A stretch of 64,000 bases of DNA, taken from Lama guanicoe. Its lineage: Eukaryota. The stretch covers positions 9,519,095 to 9,583,094 of the forward strand of contig MU054391.1 of the NCBI GenBank assembly GCA_013239625.1. The letters are read 5' to 3'. Below are positions 26,334-38,180 of the stretch, in pieces (within the stretch, counting starts at the first letter, position 1; each line of letters opens with the position of its first letter). The position numbers and the translations under genes are program-made. The notes beneath the pieces are model-generated. The model was not told the DNA's origin. It saw nothing but the letters and a program-made list of their open reading frames with translations, and made no database searches.

Positions 26334-27135
26334 TGCGTTTGCTCAAGAGATATATATATAAAATTGAAGTAGTCAGTTTACAACGTTATGCCAATTTCTG
26401 GTATAAAGCATAATGTTTCAGTCACAGGTGTACATACATACATTGGTTTTCATATTATTTTCATTACAGGTTACTATGAGATATTGAACACAGTTCCTTG
26501 TGCTCTACAGTAGAAACGTTGTTTACCTATGTTTGTTCGGTTTTAATGTTGATCACAACACTCTTATTACAGGATCCACTAACGGACTGTAACTCAAAGA
26601 GTTTGTGGAACAGCTGCAAATCTGCCCCAGTGATGACAGGATGACTTGGAGGGGCAGCAAAAGTTGAGGCTACCAATGAAGTATCAAATTATCTAAGTCA
26701 GATTGAATTGACTTCATTAAAAGCAAACTCACTTCATGTTTTCCTGATAGCGTGACATTACCCTCTCTCTACGCTAACGCTGAGTGTGCAGATATGTTCT
26801 GTTTTTGTGTCTACTTCCCTCACTAGATTATGAGACCCAAAGAGCAGGACCCATATCTTCTTCATTCTTCAAACTCAGTGCTTAGTCTAATATTTTAAGC
26901 ACTGCTTTAAAAATAAATATAGAACATTATGAAGTAGCATCTTAAATATTTCACAGCAGAAAATAAAATTAAGATAAAAATGTTGCCTTACTCCAGTTCA
27001 TGAGATATTCAAACACAAAAATAAGAACGCAGGTTTTGTCACATTCAATTATATACTTAACAAAATAAACATCATAATTTTGTTCTTTTGCTTTACTATC
27101 AATTGCTTATTAATAAAAGTAAAAATGTAAAAAAG

Positions 27136-27441
27136 TGAATGATGAGGGCACAGAGGCCATTTTATCTTTGCCTTTTGCCTTGTCCTATAATTACAGAAAT
27201 ATTATATTATTCTTCAGCAAAGTGTAAATGGTAGCTTTTTTTTTTTTTCACTATTCCCTTTCGGCAATGACATAAGCTAATACATTCCTAAAATGAATGA
27301 TGAGGGCACAGAGGCCATTTTATCTTTGCCTTGTACTATAATTACAGAAATATTATATTATTCTTCAGCAAAGTGTAAATGGTAGCTTTCTTTTTTTTTA
27401 CTATTCCCTTTCAGCAGTGACATAAGCTAATACATTCCTAA
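27136..27441. repeat. Tandem duplication of about 150 bp (27136-27291 and 27294-27441)
   Basis: tgaatgatgagggcacagaggcc...gacataagctaatacattcctaa occurs twice, with several substitutions and a 7-bp indel. Confidence 0.96.
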
Positions 27442-29460
27442 GTTTTTCAGCGGCTTAAAGGTCACCTTTATCTTAGTGTGGAGGGCCATGAAGAATGCTG
27501 GAAACAAGGCGAAACGCGGCTGCAGTCAGTACTGACCACTGCCCTCCACTGCTGCTCTGCACGTACAGGTCTTAACAAAATCTGAAAGCATTCATTCACA
27601 TTTTCCACTGAAAAATCTTTTCCTATCATATGCATGTATCGGATATACAACATAAATTCTTATTATTAAGTTCATTTTAAGTAGATCAACTGAATTTATA
27701 TCAAAATCAAGGGTAAATATGAATATCCAGGTCTTATTCCAACACTTAAAACTATTTAGCATCATTCAAATCCAACCTAAACTGTTGCTAGTGTCTGAAA
27801 TTGGGCTGAAAGGAATTCAAATGCCACTTTTGGACATTGTAGGTAAAACAGAAAGAGGGGTAAAGAAAACCAGAAGGGCAACTGACCAATACTGAGCGTC
27901 TGCTGACATCAAGATCATTAGACTTGTTTTTAAATTTAATCCTCACAGAACTTACTCATGGTACGTGTTCCAGACACTGCGCCTGTCTCCCTGACACCCA
28001 CTCAACACCATGCAGTGTGTGCAGGACTGACTCAGGGCTGCTCCGGGGTCAGTCCTGATGGACCATTCAGGGCGATGTCATCCATCTCAGCACAGTGGTC
28101 AGTTCAGGTAATCCAGGCCAAAGGTAATCAGTACCTGGCATACCAAGAGCCACGGGAATTGGTTCGGGGTGATCTAACCAGTAAAAAGCTCAGACTTTCA
28201 GTTTGGTGCTTGCATGGAGCTCTCCCTCCCTACCTGGGTGGATGTGGGTCAGGAAGTGACGTCGCTCCCAAACACCACCGGTCAGTGTACTGACTCTGAA
28301 GCCAAGAGCCTGAAGCCAAGAGCCACAGACAGCAGAGAAAAGAGACTGAAAGAAACCAGCTCCCTGATGACCGCCCACTGCTGAATCAGCCAACCCCAGA
28401 GTCAGCCCTACCTCTGGCCCTTAGAGTTACATGAGCCAGTAAATTTTCTGCTCAGTTAAACTCATTTAATTGGATTTTCACTTGTGTCTAAAAACATTTT
28501 TAAATGAATCCATATTTATATGGTAGTAATTATTGTTCCCCATTATACAGAGCAAGAAATTCAGAAGACAGAGTATTTCCCCCAAGGTCAAGCTTGAACT
28601 CAGGAAGGTGCAACTATAAACCTGTCTATCCATTACCATGCTACCACTGAAAGAACTCACAATGTATCAACCAAGATTTAATTCCATACATTGAAAGGTC
28701 ACAATATTAATGTAGGAAAGTTTTCCAGACTTTCCTGGGTCAATGTTAACCTAGAATTGTTTTACTCTGTTCTCCTCATGGGAATTTTTAACACCGGATA
28801 AGTGGCATCAATCTCTCATAGTTTTTTCACACATACAGGTGGCATGAAATAGCCCTCACCACACCATGTGTACTGGTGAAGCTTGGCTGTACTATGATTA
28901 AGGAACTTTGCTAAGTGATTCAGTGACCAAAAGGTTAAACAGTATCCTCAAAGGATGTTTATACAAATGCATTATGAAAACAGCGATACAGCATGCACGC
29001 TTGCCCTACAGAAACTAACACAAATCAAGTGAGTTTGGTGTCAGTGTCTCTCTGGTCCACCATCATCTCTCCCGTAAAACACTGCAATGGCCTTCACACT
29101 GGAGCATCCCTGTGTCCAGGCTGCTGCCTTCTGTTCCTTCTCCAGTCACTACCCAGTTTAAAATTTATGTCTAACTGATTCATTCTTAGGAAAGTCTAAA
29201 ACATTTAGCCAGGTATACAAGAGTTTTCATTCATGACCAGGCCCTTTCTTATCTCTCTCACCTCGGAATAAACACTTCCATTTATACTATGTCTTGTAGT
29301 CAACTGAAGGTACCAGGTTATTCCATGCTTTTAGTAAAACTGCTCAGTCTGTCTGGAATGTTCCTCTCCTTCTAATCGGTTCCTCTGTGGCACTGATGAC
29401 ACGTCTCCCCGGTTATTAAGACTCGGCTCAAAAACCTCTTCCACCTTGGGGCCTTTCCTT

Positions 29461-29499
29461 ACTGGGCCCATCAACTCAACTGGGCCCATCAACTCAACT
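29461..29499. repeat. Exact 18-bp tandem repeat (actgggcccatcaactca x2)
   Basis: Read directly from the sequence. Confidence 0.95.
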
Positions 29500-31699
29500 A
29501 CTAACCATTTCTACCTTAATGTTACCACGTCACAGGTCACTAGCATATTCATCATGAATCTCACTAATTTTTCTCTACCACCTCCATCTATGAAGAGCTC
29601 CCCCGGGCTGTCAAGCAGGCAAAAGCAACCAGCATCCTGAGATGGCTGCAGTTAGGCAGGGCTCTTTCCTTTGGGTACGAACACTGGAAAAGCTGTTGGC
29701 ACCAGCTGAGAGAAGAGGGCATGGCTCTTCATTATAGATTCCTTGCTGCACAGGCTAGAGAAAGTATTTATAAAACAGCAATTAGGAGATAAATCTGCTT
29801 ATAAGTTTAAAAGGCACTTAAGTGAGAGGCGGGAGCTTACAGGGTGAACAGAAAATGGAGGAGTGAAGGGAGCCCACGTCACTGAAGATTTATGGTTGAA
29901 CAACAGACAACTCAGGGCTGTGAAGTTGGCCAGAAAGAAAAGAGCATTTCAATAGGGAGGTGATTTTCAGTCCCCTTTCCTCCTCTGCTTTTTTCATGTT
30001 AAAATATGCATTGGTATTTGCTGCACGTTGTTCTGAGATTGTTGATTTATTCCTCTGTCTTCCCCAAGATTTCCACCTCCTGTGAATTGAGAGCCCACGT
30101 GCTCCCCAGAAAGGAGTGTTACTTCTTCTTGCTCTTCTGAGCGGAGAGGCCCGTGGGGGCTACAGAAACACACGGCAGCTCAGCGCCCCGCCAGACTCCT
30201 CAGAAGCAGAAGCATCACCATTTATGACTGGACCACACACATGGCCTTGGGCCAATTCTCAGTCTCTCTTACTAAATTATCACCTTAGCCAATCTGAAAT
30301 CATTTTCCAAGCACAAACAGAGAATGAGTTTTCTGCTTGCCAGTCGAGCCAATAATCATGGTCACCCCAGATGGGCTTCTGCAGCCAGATTTCTCAGGCA
30401 AGGAGGCCGTGGAAAGCCAGATTTGGGAAGCAGGGCTGTGTATGAATCCTGACCTGGTCACTTCTAGGTCATAAGACACTGGAGCGGTTATTTAACTTCC
30501 TTGAGCCTTAATTCTCTGGCCTGTTAAAGCGATGATAAAATTATTTACTTCACCGAGCTGGCAGGACAATTCACAAGGTAACATTACAATAAATACTGTC
30601 TTCGTCCTCTTACAGAATCTTGTCTGAAGGCTGGTTGTGAAGAGGCAGAGGGAAGGAAATGGTCAAATGACACCCGTAGCGAGGCACAGCCTGGATGACT
30701 GTGACAGACTTCTGGAAGGAAACTTTAGTTCCCCGTGTTATTATAGCGTGAAACTGATGGGCACCGAAGGGGCAATTCTTAGGCTTTTTTCCGGGTCACA
30801 TTATTCAGAGTGAATGCCACACCCACAATGCCTCTTTGAGGAAGCAGCCAGGGGGCCTGTCAAAAACAGGTCATCCGCTTGGCAACACACCTCTTCAGAA
30901 TCTGGGCACAGTTAAGGGGACCAGGGAGGAGCCCTGCAGCCGACTGCAGCCACATGGAGGCTGGACAATGACCGTGCGGTGGCCCAGGGCTCTGTCCTAA
31001 AGGTTGCTCTACGCTGGAGAGTGATATGCAACCAGAAAGGTCCCTCTCCTGGGAAATTTTACTGTGAGCAATTAAGATGTCTGTGTGTGCGTGTGAGAGC
31101 TGGAGGATGTGTGGGTGTGTCGGCAGGTTCACGCCTTCATTTCATGACCGGTCAGCTGTTCGGGAGGCCTCGCTCACTGAGGAGTCCTTTCTCTCATATT
31201 CTCAGTGCTGGCTCCTGTTATGCTCACTGTAATGACCCATTAACTGATGCAGCCAGAGGTGGGCTTCCTTAGAGCCCGAAGGAACCAAACTACGCACACC
31301 TGTGAAGCACAGAGCACACAGTACGTCTGCTCTGGGAAGACACGTGTGGGTGTCCTTCCTCAGTCTCTGACGTGCACAAGGCACGGCTTCATTCTGCACA
31401 TGTGTCCATTTACAGACAAGATGCGCAGAGTCCTGGGACACTCGAGCTGATCCCCAGGTCATGCCGCTTCATCCTTTAGATGCTTTACAGATGGAACCAT
31501 TTCTAGGTTGCTGCCCCTACAGAACCACCTCAGTTCTGTATTTCTAATGACCATCCCCTCGTTGCTCAGCCAGCTTCCACACATCAGTAATGCTATCAGC
31601 TTTAAGTCAGACTATTTAAGGTGCAGTAACTGAATGAATGATGTCTAAATGTATCTGTAAAATGGAGCTACAGCTTTTGGATAAAAAGCATGTTGAGAA

Positions 31700-31890
31700 C
31701 AAGGTTTCAGAATATGACAGAATTAGGATCCAAACCTGGCTCCGCCACTTACATGCCAGCAGTCTGGGGGAAGTCCCTCAACGTCCCTGAGCCGAAGTTT
31801 TCTGATCCACAAGAAAGGGCGGCATCACCCACCCTCATGGTTGTTATGAAGTTTATGAGATGACGCGTGTACGGCACGTGGTACATACTG
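31700..31890. mobile_element. MIR SINE remnant
   Basis: ggatccaaacctggctccgccacttac...ggggaagtccctcaacgtccctgagccgaagttttctgatc. Confidence 0.7.
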
Positions 31891-31901
31891 ACGTCAGATG
31901 C

Positions 31902-33066
31902 GGCTTCCCTCCCCCTCCTTACACTGCCCTCCTCCAACCCACGCTGCCACTCACAGCACTCACTGGCTGGCTCACGAGACACTGCAGGATAGTACAGAGA
32001 GGCCCCACGTACCCATCGCCCATCTCCTTCCAATGGTGTAACCTCACAAAAAGCCACATCAATTTTAATATGTCAAACAACAGCTCCTGATCCTACCCCC
32101 CAAAGCTGCTCCTTCCAATCTTAGTAAATAGCAACCCTACCCTTACAGTCACTCAGACCAACAGTCTTGGTACCATCCTGGATTATTAACGTTTTCTTAT
32201 CTCCCGCATCAAATCCAACAGCAAATTGGTTCTATCTTCCAAATAAATCCAGAATTTGACCATTTCTCACCATGGTCACTGCTACCATCCTCATCCAAAC
32301 CACCAGCATCTTTTACTTAGAAAACCACAGCTGCTTCCTCAGCCGTCTCCTTGCTTCTGCCACTACCTCCCATAACACCTTCAACAGGGCAGCAGGGGGG
32401 GTTCTGTTAAAGAGCCAGGTCCGATCAAAGCCTGCACTGGCTGCTCATCCCCACAAGGCCCTATCCCAGCCACACGGTCCTGTCACTCACCTCCCACCGC
32501 TGCCCCCTCCGCGTTCCCCGCCAGCCACACTGGCCTCACAGTTCCTCACATGGGCGCAGCATGCGCCCCTGGGCCACCTTCCCTCTGATAAACAGTTTGT
32601 TGCTGCCTGACTTCCTGAAGCTCTTTGCTCAAGTATTACATTCTCCGTGAGGTCTTCTTCGACCATCTTACTTTAAATTGCTGCAGTCCTGCTGTCTTGC
32701 ACTTCTGACTCCTGGAAGGTTTATTTTTCTCTTGATTTACTACCATTTCACAGGTCTGAGCTTCATCATTTTGTTTACTGTCCAGTTTCCCTTAGGTCAG
32801 AGATGCTTGTCTATGCTGTTCGGTGCCATATTCCCAGCCCTGAGGACAATTCCCGACATGTAACAGACACGGATGAGAGTTTCCATTGTTGCATTAAAAA
32901 ATGGCCAAATTCAGAAGCTTAAAACATTAATTACCTCCTAGTTCCTATGAATCATGAATCTGAGTGCGGCTGAGCTAGGTGCCTTGGGATTAATCCCCTG
33001 GCTTCCCTCCCCCTCCTTACACTGCCCTCCTCCAACCCACGCTGCCACTCACAGCACTCACTGGCT
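31902..33066. repeat. Dispersed exact 67-bp direct repeat (31902-31968 and 33000-33066)
   Basis: ggcttccctccccctccttacactgccctcctccaacccacgctgccactcacagcactcactggct occurs twice, 1098 bp apart. Confidence 0.96.
32020..32870 (+). mobile_element. L2 LINE remnant; its tail resumes at about 33455-33500 after an MLT1 insertion
   Basis: tttaatatgtcaaac, aaatccaacagcaaat...tatcttccaaataaatccagaatttgaccatttctcacc; tail gcactcagtaaatattcg. Confidence 0.7.
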
Positions 33067-33454
33067 AGCTCTCTCGGGGGGTTATAATCAAACCATGGGC
33101 CGGGACTGCAGAGCCACCCGGTGACCTGCTGGGGTGCAGGAGGAGATACACGTCTGTGTTTACTCACATGGTCATTGGCAGCCTCGGTCTCCTGCCCTGC
33201 GGGGCTCTTCACCACAGGACAGCCAGATTCCCTAAGAGTGAGCGATCCAAGGGAGAAGAGAACGCCCAGGAAGGAAGCCATAGTCCTTCTGTAACCTCAT
33301 TTTGTAAATGGTGTCCCATCACGTTTGCTGTTCATTCTGCTTGTCAGCAGTGAATTAGTGAGTCTAGTCCATACACCAGGGGAGGGAGTTACACACAGGA
33401 CTAATCCTGGCAGGTCGGGATCACCAGGGGCCCTCTCAGAGGCTGTCTTCCCCA
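32871..33454 (-). mobile_element. MLT1F-like MaLR solo LTR carrying a foreign ~80-bp insertion
   Basis: gaatctgagtgcggctgagctaggtg...actcacatggtcattggcag...ccctaagagtgagcgatccaag...ggatcaccaggggccctctcagaggctgtc. Confidence 0.72.
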
Positions 33455-34574
33455 GCACTCAGTAAATATTCGTTCTGTAAATGTCCGAATTAACCAATGA
33501 CGCATACTTGATAAAAGGGAGATCCTGAGTCAAATGGGAAAATCAGACAGACTTTTCTAGGAACTTACGGATTTTTCACTTTTTATAAATGGAAAAAGGG
33601 CAAGGAGGAGAAATAATCACCTGTGGAAACGTAAAGGCCATGTAAAACTTTCAACAGGAGAGACTTTCTGAGTCTTGTAATAGAAGGTCATTTTTTTGTA
33701 GAACTGTATTTTTTAAAATTTATGTTATATCATATTAACTTTCAAAACCTGTATTGTCTACCCTTCAAGTGTTCCACCTGCTCCCATGTATACTGTGCCT
33801 TGACAATCACACTTGAAAAACAATTCTTTTTTAGGTTCTTTCTTCTTTGCTTATCTCCTAAGCTCCTGGCTTTTTGCTTTTTTTTTGTCAAGATAGGGTA
33901 TGCTTATCAAACTAAACTCTCATCTTGGAAAATAGAAGAAAATGGTTCCTTAAAAGCAACGGCATTCAAGAACACTATAACAATACACAGAGGCTAGCTG
34001 AAGGTCAGATGAGAGCAGTATATACTGAACATTTAACTAGCTTGAAATAATCATTATGAGGTAGCATTATTAACACATATATGCCTGGAACATAGAAGGC
34101 GTTCAATAAGTATTTACTGAGTATGTCTTCCTTTGTACACACAGCTTTTATTAATATCCTTAATGGTACTTCTTGTATCAAATTATAGTTCACCTGATAC
34201 ACACACACACATTGGTTGTAATCAACTGGGAGCTTCTCAAGGGCAGGGAGCTAGGCAGTCTTTTCTTTGTTTACAGCACTTACAACAGTGGCAATGAACA
34301 CGTGCTTGTGTGAACACTTCCTGAATGTATCTGGAATGAACAAAGCTCATTTAGTTCAGAATCAAAGGAGTGAAGTGATGACTACACCAAGACCAGAGAT
34401 TAATGAGCAAAATACTTATTTATGAGATTAGAGGAAAATGACTTAACATTTAGTCATCTCGTAAAACTGAATGAATGTAACATCTCATAGTCAAGTTTAA
34501 TATGACTATAAAATAGCAACAATGAGCATCATAAAATTTGGTGGGGGGACGGCTAACATGTGTGAGTATGCCCT

Positions 34575-36060
34575 CACATAAATACAGCTGACTGACTTTT
34601 AACAAAGGAGTAAAGGCAATACAACAGAGCAAAGATAGTCTTCTCCACAAATAGGGCTGGAACAACTGGACGTCCACAAGCAAAAAAATGAATCTAAACA
34701 CAGACCTACATCCTTCACAAGAATTAACTCAGAATGGATCATAGACCTAAATGTAAAACACACAATTAAAAACTCCTAAAAGGTTACATAGGAAGAAATC
34801 TAGATGACCCTAAGTATGACTATAAGTTTTTAGATAAAACACCAAAGGCACAATCCATAAAAGAAATAATTGATGGCTAGACTTCATCAAAATTAAAAAC
34901 TATAGCTGTGTGAAACACAACATCAAGAGAGTGAGAGACAAACTACTGACTGGAAGAAAATATTTGCAAAAGACACATCTGATAAAGCACTGTTATACAA
35001 AATATACAACGATCTCCTAAAATAGTAAGAAGACAAACAACTTGATGGAAAAATCAGCCAAAGACCTTAAAAGACATCTCACCAAAGAATATATACAGAC
35101 GGCACATAAACACATAGCATATACAATGATGCTCCACATCATATGTCCTCAGGGAAATGAAAATTAGAACAATAGTGAGATACCACTATGTACCCATGAG
35201 AAAGGTCAAAATCCAGAACCCTGACAACATCAAATGCTGCAGAGGACGTGAAACAAGAAGTCTCATTCACTGCTGGTGGGAATGCAAAACGTACCACCAC
35301 TTTGGAAGACAGTTTGGAAGTTTATTACAAAACTAAACATACTCTTACCATAGAATCCAGCTATTGCTCTCCTCAGTATTTATCCAAAGGAGTTAAAAAT
35401 TTGTGTCCACATAAGAAAATTGCACATGAATATTTATAGAAGCTTGATTCATAATTGCCAAAACTTAGAACTGACCAAGATGTCCTTCAGAAGGTGAATG
35501 GATAAATAAACTGGTATAGCCACACAATGGAATATTACTCAGCACTAAAAAGAAATGAACTATCAAGCCATGATAAGACACGGAGACCCTTAAGTGCATA
35601 TTACTAAGTGGAAGAAGCCAATCTGAAAAGGCTATGCAGTGTAGGACTACACGTAGCTATAGTCTATGACTACATTAGACTATGACATCATAAAAGAGGT
35701 AAAAATATGGACACAATAAAAAGATCACTGGTTGCCAGCGGGTGGGGTGGGACAGGAACAGGCAGAAAATGGAGGCTTTTTGGGGCAATGAAAGTACTCT
35801 AGGATATTATAATGATGGATAGATAATACATGTCATTACGCATTTGTCCACACCCCCAGAATGTACAAAACCAACAGTGGACCCTATGGTAAACTATGAC
35901 TTTGGGTGATAATGATGTCAGTGTAGGTTTATCAATTGCAGAGAAAAAAATGTACCTTCTGGTGAGGGGCAAGGGGGCAAGTGAGAAATCTCTGTACCTT
36001 CCTCTCAGTTTTGCTGTGAACCTACTAAAAGTGCTCTTAAAAAATAAAGTCTTAAAAAAA
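34575..36060 (+). mobile_element. L1 (L1MC-like) 3' portion, degenerate ORF2 end and 3' UTR
   Basis: aacaaaggagtaaaggcaat, aattaactcagaatggatcatagacctaaatgtaaaa, acaatggaatattactcagcactaaaaagaaatgaac, ending aaaataaagtcttaaaaaaa. Confidence 0.9.
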
Positions 36061-36496
36061 TACACGAGAATGCCACTTTCCACTTAGGAAGAGAGGAGCC
36101 TGAGAAACGCAGTGTCTTCTAACACAAACGTGCATTAGATACACATCTTTTCAATTAAAAAAAAATATGACGATCAAAAGATCTTCATTCACTGCTGTAA
36201 CGTATACTCCAACAATGATACACAAAGATCAATGTGGAGACTACATATATCAGTAATCAGAAACAGAGATGCATGTAGTTTATTTGGATTTAAAATAAGT
36301 ATGTTTTATCTTGAATAAACTAAAATCCATTTACACAGAAACAAAAATATGTATGAATTAAGGCAGTATATCAGCTTTGAGTTAATTATTTTTCAAGGCT
36401 TTTTACCATTTTTTCGTTTTACTATAAACTTCAGTCCTTTTATAAAACCTTATTATGAAGTCTATAAAGTCTCTATAAGCTTATTATATATAAAAG

Positions 36497-36980
36497 TACA
36501 GGTAAGCAGAATTATGGTCCCCAAAGATGTCCACATCCTAATCCTTGGGCTCTGTGAACATGTTACCACACATGCCAGAGGGACTTGGCAGATGTGATTA
36601 ATGGTAGAGTCCCTGAGATGGGTAGATTATCCTGGATGATCACAGAGGCTCCAATCTCATCGCACAAATCCTTAAAAGTGCGAACCTTCCTTGCCTTTGG
36701 TCAGAGAGAGATAATGTGAAGACAGAAATCAGAAAGATGCAATGTTGCTGGCTTTGAAGACGGAGGACAGAGGCCATAAGCCAACAAACAAACACAGTTA
36801 TGAACATGGGTTCTCCCCTGGAGCCTCCAGAAAGCAATGCAGCCCTACCTGCACTTTGACTGTAGCCCAGTGAGACCCCTGTCTGACTTCGAACCTATAG
36901 GAATTTAAGATAGTAAATTTGTATCATTTAAGCCACTAGGTGTGTAGTAATTAGTTACAACAGACTAAGAAACTAATACA
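36497..36980 (+). mobile_element. MLT1D-like MaLR solo LTR
   Basis: gcagaattatggtccccaaagatgtccacatcctaatcc...gagcctccagaaagcaatgcagccct...gaaactaataca. Confidence 0.85.
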
Positions 36981-37909
36981 TGGAGGTGATTTTTTTCCTT
37001 TCTGATTTTTTTTTTAAGGAGGAACACATATAAATCACATCAAGGAGAAGGTGATTATAACAGAAACACAAGAAATCCACGTTACTTGCAGAATAAAGAT
37101 TGAGGGGTGAAAAGGCTTGGGGATACGTGGTGATTTCACTCCATTTCCCAAAGAGCAGGCATGTCGAGGAGGGAGCGGTTCTATTTCTTTCTTGTTACAG
37201 AAAGGAGCTCAGGTCAAAGGGCCGGGTGTGGACTCCATATAAGAGGATAACATAAATGTACCCAATACAATGCTCAGAAAATAGTGGGTGCCTGTCTAAG
37301 GAAGAAAAGGATTATCATTGCTGAAGACTGCTCACACGGAACAGGTAAGACTAGGATTGGAATTCTGCCTCAACTACCGACTTGCTTCTGATCTTGAACA
37401 AATTATTTAACCTCTAACCTTCAGTTTACTCATTTCAGACTGAGATACAATAGCTACGTCACCGGGCTGTGACGAAGACTGGAGATGAGGCAGAGGCGCG
37501 AGCCAGTGCCTGGCACAGAGTAAGGGAATAAAGATGGCAGCCATCACTGCTGTCCTTACACAGAATGTACAGTGGTTCCTAAGGTCTTGTAATTTATTGT
37601 TAACTTGACATCACTTAGCATGTGTGGCAGGAACCACTTTCTCCTCCTCTGCAGTTCCCTCCCAGGCCCAGAGTCCCCCCGTGGGTCTCAAGAAGGTGTG
37701 TACGGCTTCTCTCTTCACCTTTGACTTCTCGGGAGAGGAGCAGTGACATCTGATGATACCGGGAGAAGAAACTGATTATGGAGGGCTAGTCCTTTCCCTC
37801 TCTTTTTGAGATCTGCCTCTGGGGAGAGTACCCTCGCCTTCCACCCCTGGGCTTCCAGCAGTACACACTGGTGGGACAGGCCCAGACTCTGGTTCCAGAT
37901 AAGCATTAC

Positions 37910-38180
37910 CTGTGCAGTCCATTCATGTGACTGTCGAGCCTCTGAAAGGTCTGTACTGACAAGTACAGTCAGCAGATTTGCAAAGACTACATGAAAACAA
38001 GAATGTTAAAATATCTCATTCATAATTTTTATACTGACTACATGTTGAAATGATACTATTTTGGACAACTGACAAGTGTTTAGGACAATTTCACCTATTT
38101 GGTTTACTTTTCTTACTGCGGCTACTAGAAAATTTCAAATTGCACATGTGGTCACATGACAGTTCTCCTGGACAGCACTA
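37910..38180. mobile_element. MER3/MER33-like hAT-Charlie element
   Basis: actacatgttgaaatgatactattttggac...ggctactagaaaatttcaaattgcacatgtgg...ctggacagcact. Confidence 0.65.

Larger units (their letters stand above)
24385..26905. repeat. Direct tandem duplication: copy 1 24385-25644 (1260 bp), copy 2 25645-26905 (1261 bp)
   Basis: Line-by-line identity at offset 1260/1261; six substitutions and one small indel cluster seen by eye. Confidence 0.98.
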
